Program-made: the position numbers and the translations under genes
Notes under the pieces: generated by a model
What the model was told of the DNA's origin: nothing
The model's input: the letters and a program-made list of their open reading frames with translations, nothing else
Database searches by the model: none
Shown here: piece by piece, positions 61,856-64,000 of the stretch
How the letters are laid out: every line of letters starts with the position of its first letter
Position numbering within the stretch: the first letter of the stretch is position 1
DNA from: Peribolospora baueri
Taxonomy: Eukaryota
Length of the DNA stretch: 64,000 nucleotides
NCBI GenBank assembly: GCA_029717555.1
Contig: JAMDHS010000054.1
Span: 1-64,000, forward strand
Reading direction: 5' to 3'

Positions 61856-64000
61856 ATGGCCTCGTTTCCGGATATGGCGGCCGCGGCATCGCCTTCAGCG
61901 CCGGCCGTCGGCCTCCCCGAGGGCATCACGCCCATTGATTTGCTGTCTGGAAAGGCGAGTCGCTCAAGCCATACATGATGTCATGGCTAGAGGTTCTCGA
62001 CCGGACGGTGCGACCTCGGAGAATTGTCGAACTGAACGATCGCTAACGCCGTCTGTGCATCCCCGTCACCATCTGCGTCCAATCTGTTCTTCCAGTTCTG
62101 GGGTATTGTCGTGTCTTTGATGATCGAGTCCGCTCTCAGTGAGTGATGGAGCTGAGCTTGTTCACCGTCTGTCTCTCTTGAGATGCGGCGAGGAGTCGGC
62201 AGCGATGGGACAGTTACGTGCAGTGTTACGGTGACATGGGCACGAGGAAAGGCTCAAATCGCATGAGAAAGACGAACCGTGACTCTATGTCCTCCTAGAG
62301 TGTCGTTGTTGACGCCTTCTACTGAAAAACAAGAGCACCCACTCTGACCTGTGCCTCCCCCGCTCGGGTTTTCGACCCCCCTCCCTATGCTCTTCTTTCC
62401 CCGTCGATGCCATCAGTCATGCAAACGTACAACTACTTTGTCAATTTCGCCGGGCGCCACGCAGTCAAAAGGGATCGGGACGCCCTGCAAGTCCTCGTGA
62501 GTCCAGACATCCTGTGTGGAGCGAGAAGTGAAACCCAGAGGGAGGCGATTTTGGGTTGACTCCTTCATCTTCCTTCCACGTCAAATACAGGTTTTCGTCC
62601 TTTCCGTCCTGAGCCTTATCCAGGCGGCTCTCTACGCGTACACGCTCTTCGTCGACTTTGTCCTCCATTTTGCAGACATAGTGATTGCTCGCCTTCTAAC
62701 CTGGTGCAGAAAGCCTCTGTACTCGTACTGACCCGTTGCATCGCCGTTGCCTTGTCTTTGCTTTTCAGGCCTGGCTGACGCACGTTGGATGGGGTGAGCG
62801 ATGCGTTCTGAAAGAGGTCTGGAAATATTCGTCGGCCGTTGGCTACGGCCACTTCTTACACCGTCGTCTTCCCCCTTCCCGATCCTCCAGAGATGCACGC
62901 AGCGGTGATCATCCTCATCATCTCCTCCGCCCTCTCCCAAACATTTTTCGCCCACCGCATCTGGCGCTTCCTTGGACGTCAGATATCCGCCGCGATCGCT
63001 TTCGCCCTCTTCATCACTTTCACCGTTGTCAGCGGGTCCGTTTGCATGGCTATGGCCATCTCTGCGGACAACTGGACTCGATTGAGGGGTAATGTTTTCC
63101 AACGTGAGCATTGTGTGGCGTGTCGACATGCAAGCTAGCCCTAGATCGTCGTTCAAATCGCTAATACAAATCCCCCCTCTTGGTAGGTCTCTTCATCTCC
63201 TACCTCCTCGTGACGGCCGTTTTCGACGTTGGACTAGCCGTCTCCCTTGTCGTCAGCCTCGTGCGTCTGCGCTCCCGGCCCTTCCACTCAGAGAGACTCT
63301 ACCGAAAGATCTTGCTGGTCGGCACGACCACTTGCGTTATCCCTGCCTCGGCTGCCGTCGCGACCGCCGTGCTTTATATCTGCTTTCAAGACGCAAAGTG
63401 AGTGGAACTGCTTTGCAAGAGTCAATTTGTCGCTCTTGCGTGTCGGGCTCACGTATTGTTCTTCTCCTGCGCACGTCCGTTCTCTCAGCCACTGGCTGGT
63501 ACGTTGACCGCGTCGTTGTCACAGGCGTCGAGGTCTTCTCCACGGACCCATTGACACTTATTCTCTTTTCATGCTTCTGCAGGGCCCCGGAATGCCTCTT
63601 TCGAACCTCTTGGCTTTCTCGGTGCTCACCTCGCTTATCTCCCGCCAAGACTTGAGAGCCAATCAGGCGACCGAAACGACCGCGAACGGTCCCCTCGACA
63701 GCCGAAGACTGTCCTTGCCACTCACTTCCGCTCCTTCTCGGGGCTTCCGCAAGGCCCCTCTCACCTCCGCGCTCCGTCTCAAGCTTGCCCACCGACGTCG
63801 GAACCCGTCCATCATCGCCTCTCAAGGCAAGGACAACGGGCCGTTGTCGGGGAAAACCGAGCACGACTCGACGTCACTCCTTTCTGGCGAAGATACCAAA
63901 CTCGAGCTAACTCTCAACGAGCGCAACGAGGTCGGCCTTATCGCCCCTGTTCCCCGTTCCCCGCACAGTCCCGCGAGCGCGTGGTCGCCGTCGTGGGATA
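61856..64000 (+). CDS. Basidiomycete multi-pass membrane protein (DUF6534-like), runs off the window end
   Basis: MQTYNYFVNF; SQTFFAHRIWRF; VTAVFDVGLAVSL; KILLVGTTTCVIPA; FSVLTSLISRQDLR; 5' exons uncertain. Confidence 0.65.

Overview
This is a GC-rich, intron-dense eukaryotic window from a basidiomycete fungus (inferred from gene content, short GT-AG introns and microexons). I read about 24 spliced protein-coding loci, mostly conserved housekeeping genes. They are a MATA-type HMG-box factor, a RAD5/HLTF-like helicase, MRP49, MDV1, GET2, a TPT-family transporter, a DUF726 protein, SWC5, HGH1, SMN, PRS, SDH3, an ADA2-like deaminase, RSM25, PNS1, URA6, CUL4 and a DUF6534-like membrane protein. 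Three accessory enzyme genes (macro-domain, SAM methyltransferase, metallo-beta-lactamase) carry frame or splice lesions. There is also an 855-bp non-autonomous Tc1/mariner-type element. The most notable signal is the 693-nt last intron of MDV1. It has internal back-to-back splice sites (recursive or stwintron-like) and a box C/D snoRNA-like unit with CGACGA-variant C boxes and a 15-nt stretch complementary to U6 snRNA as I recall it. A mitochondrial-type microprotein ORF ends 82 nt upstream of URA6. All exon boundaries were read by eye and all family assignments come from recalled motifs, with no database searches.
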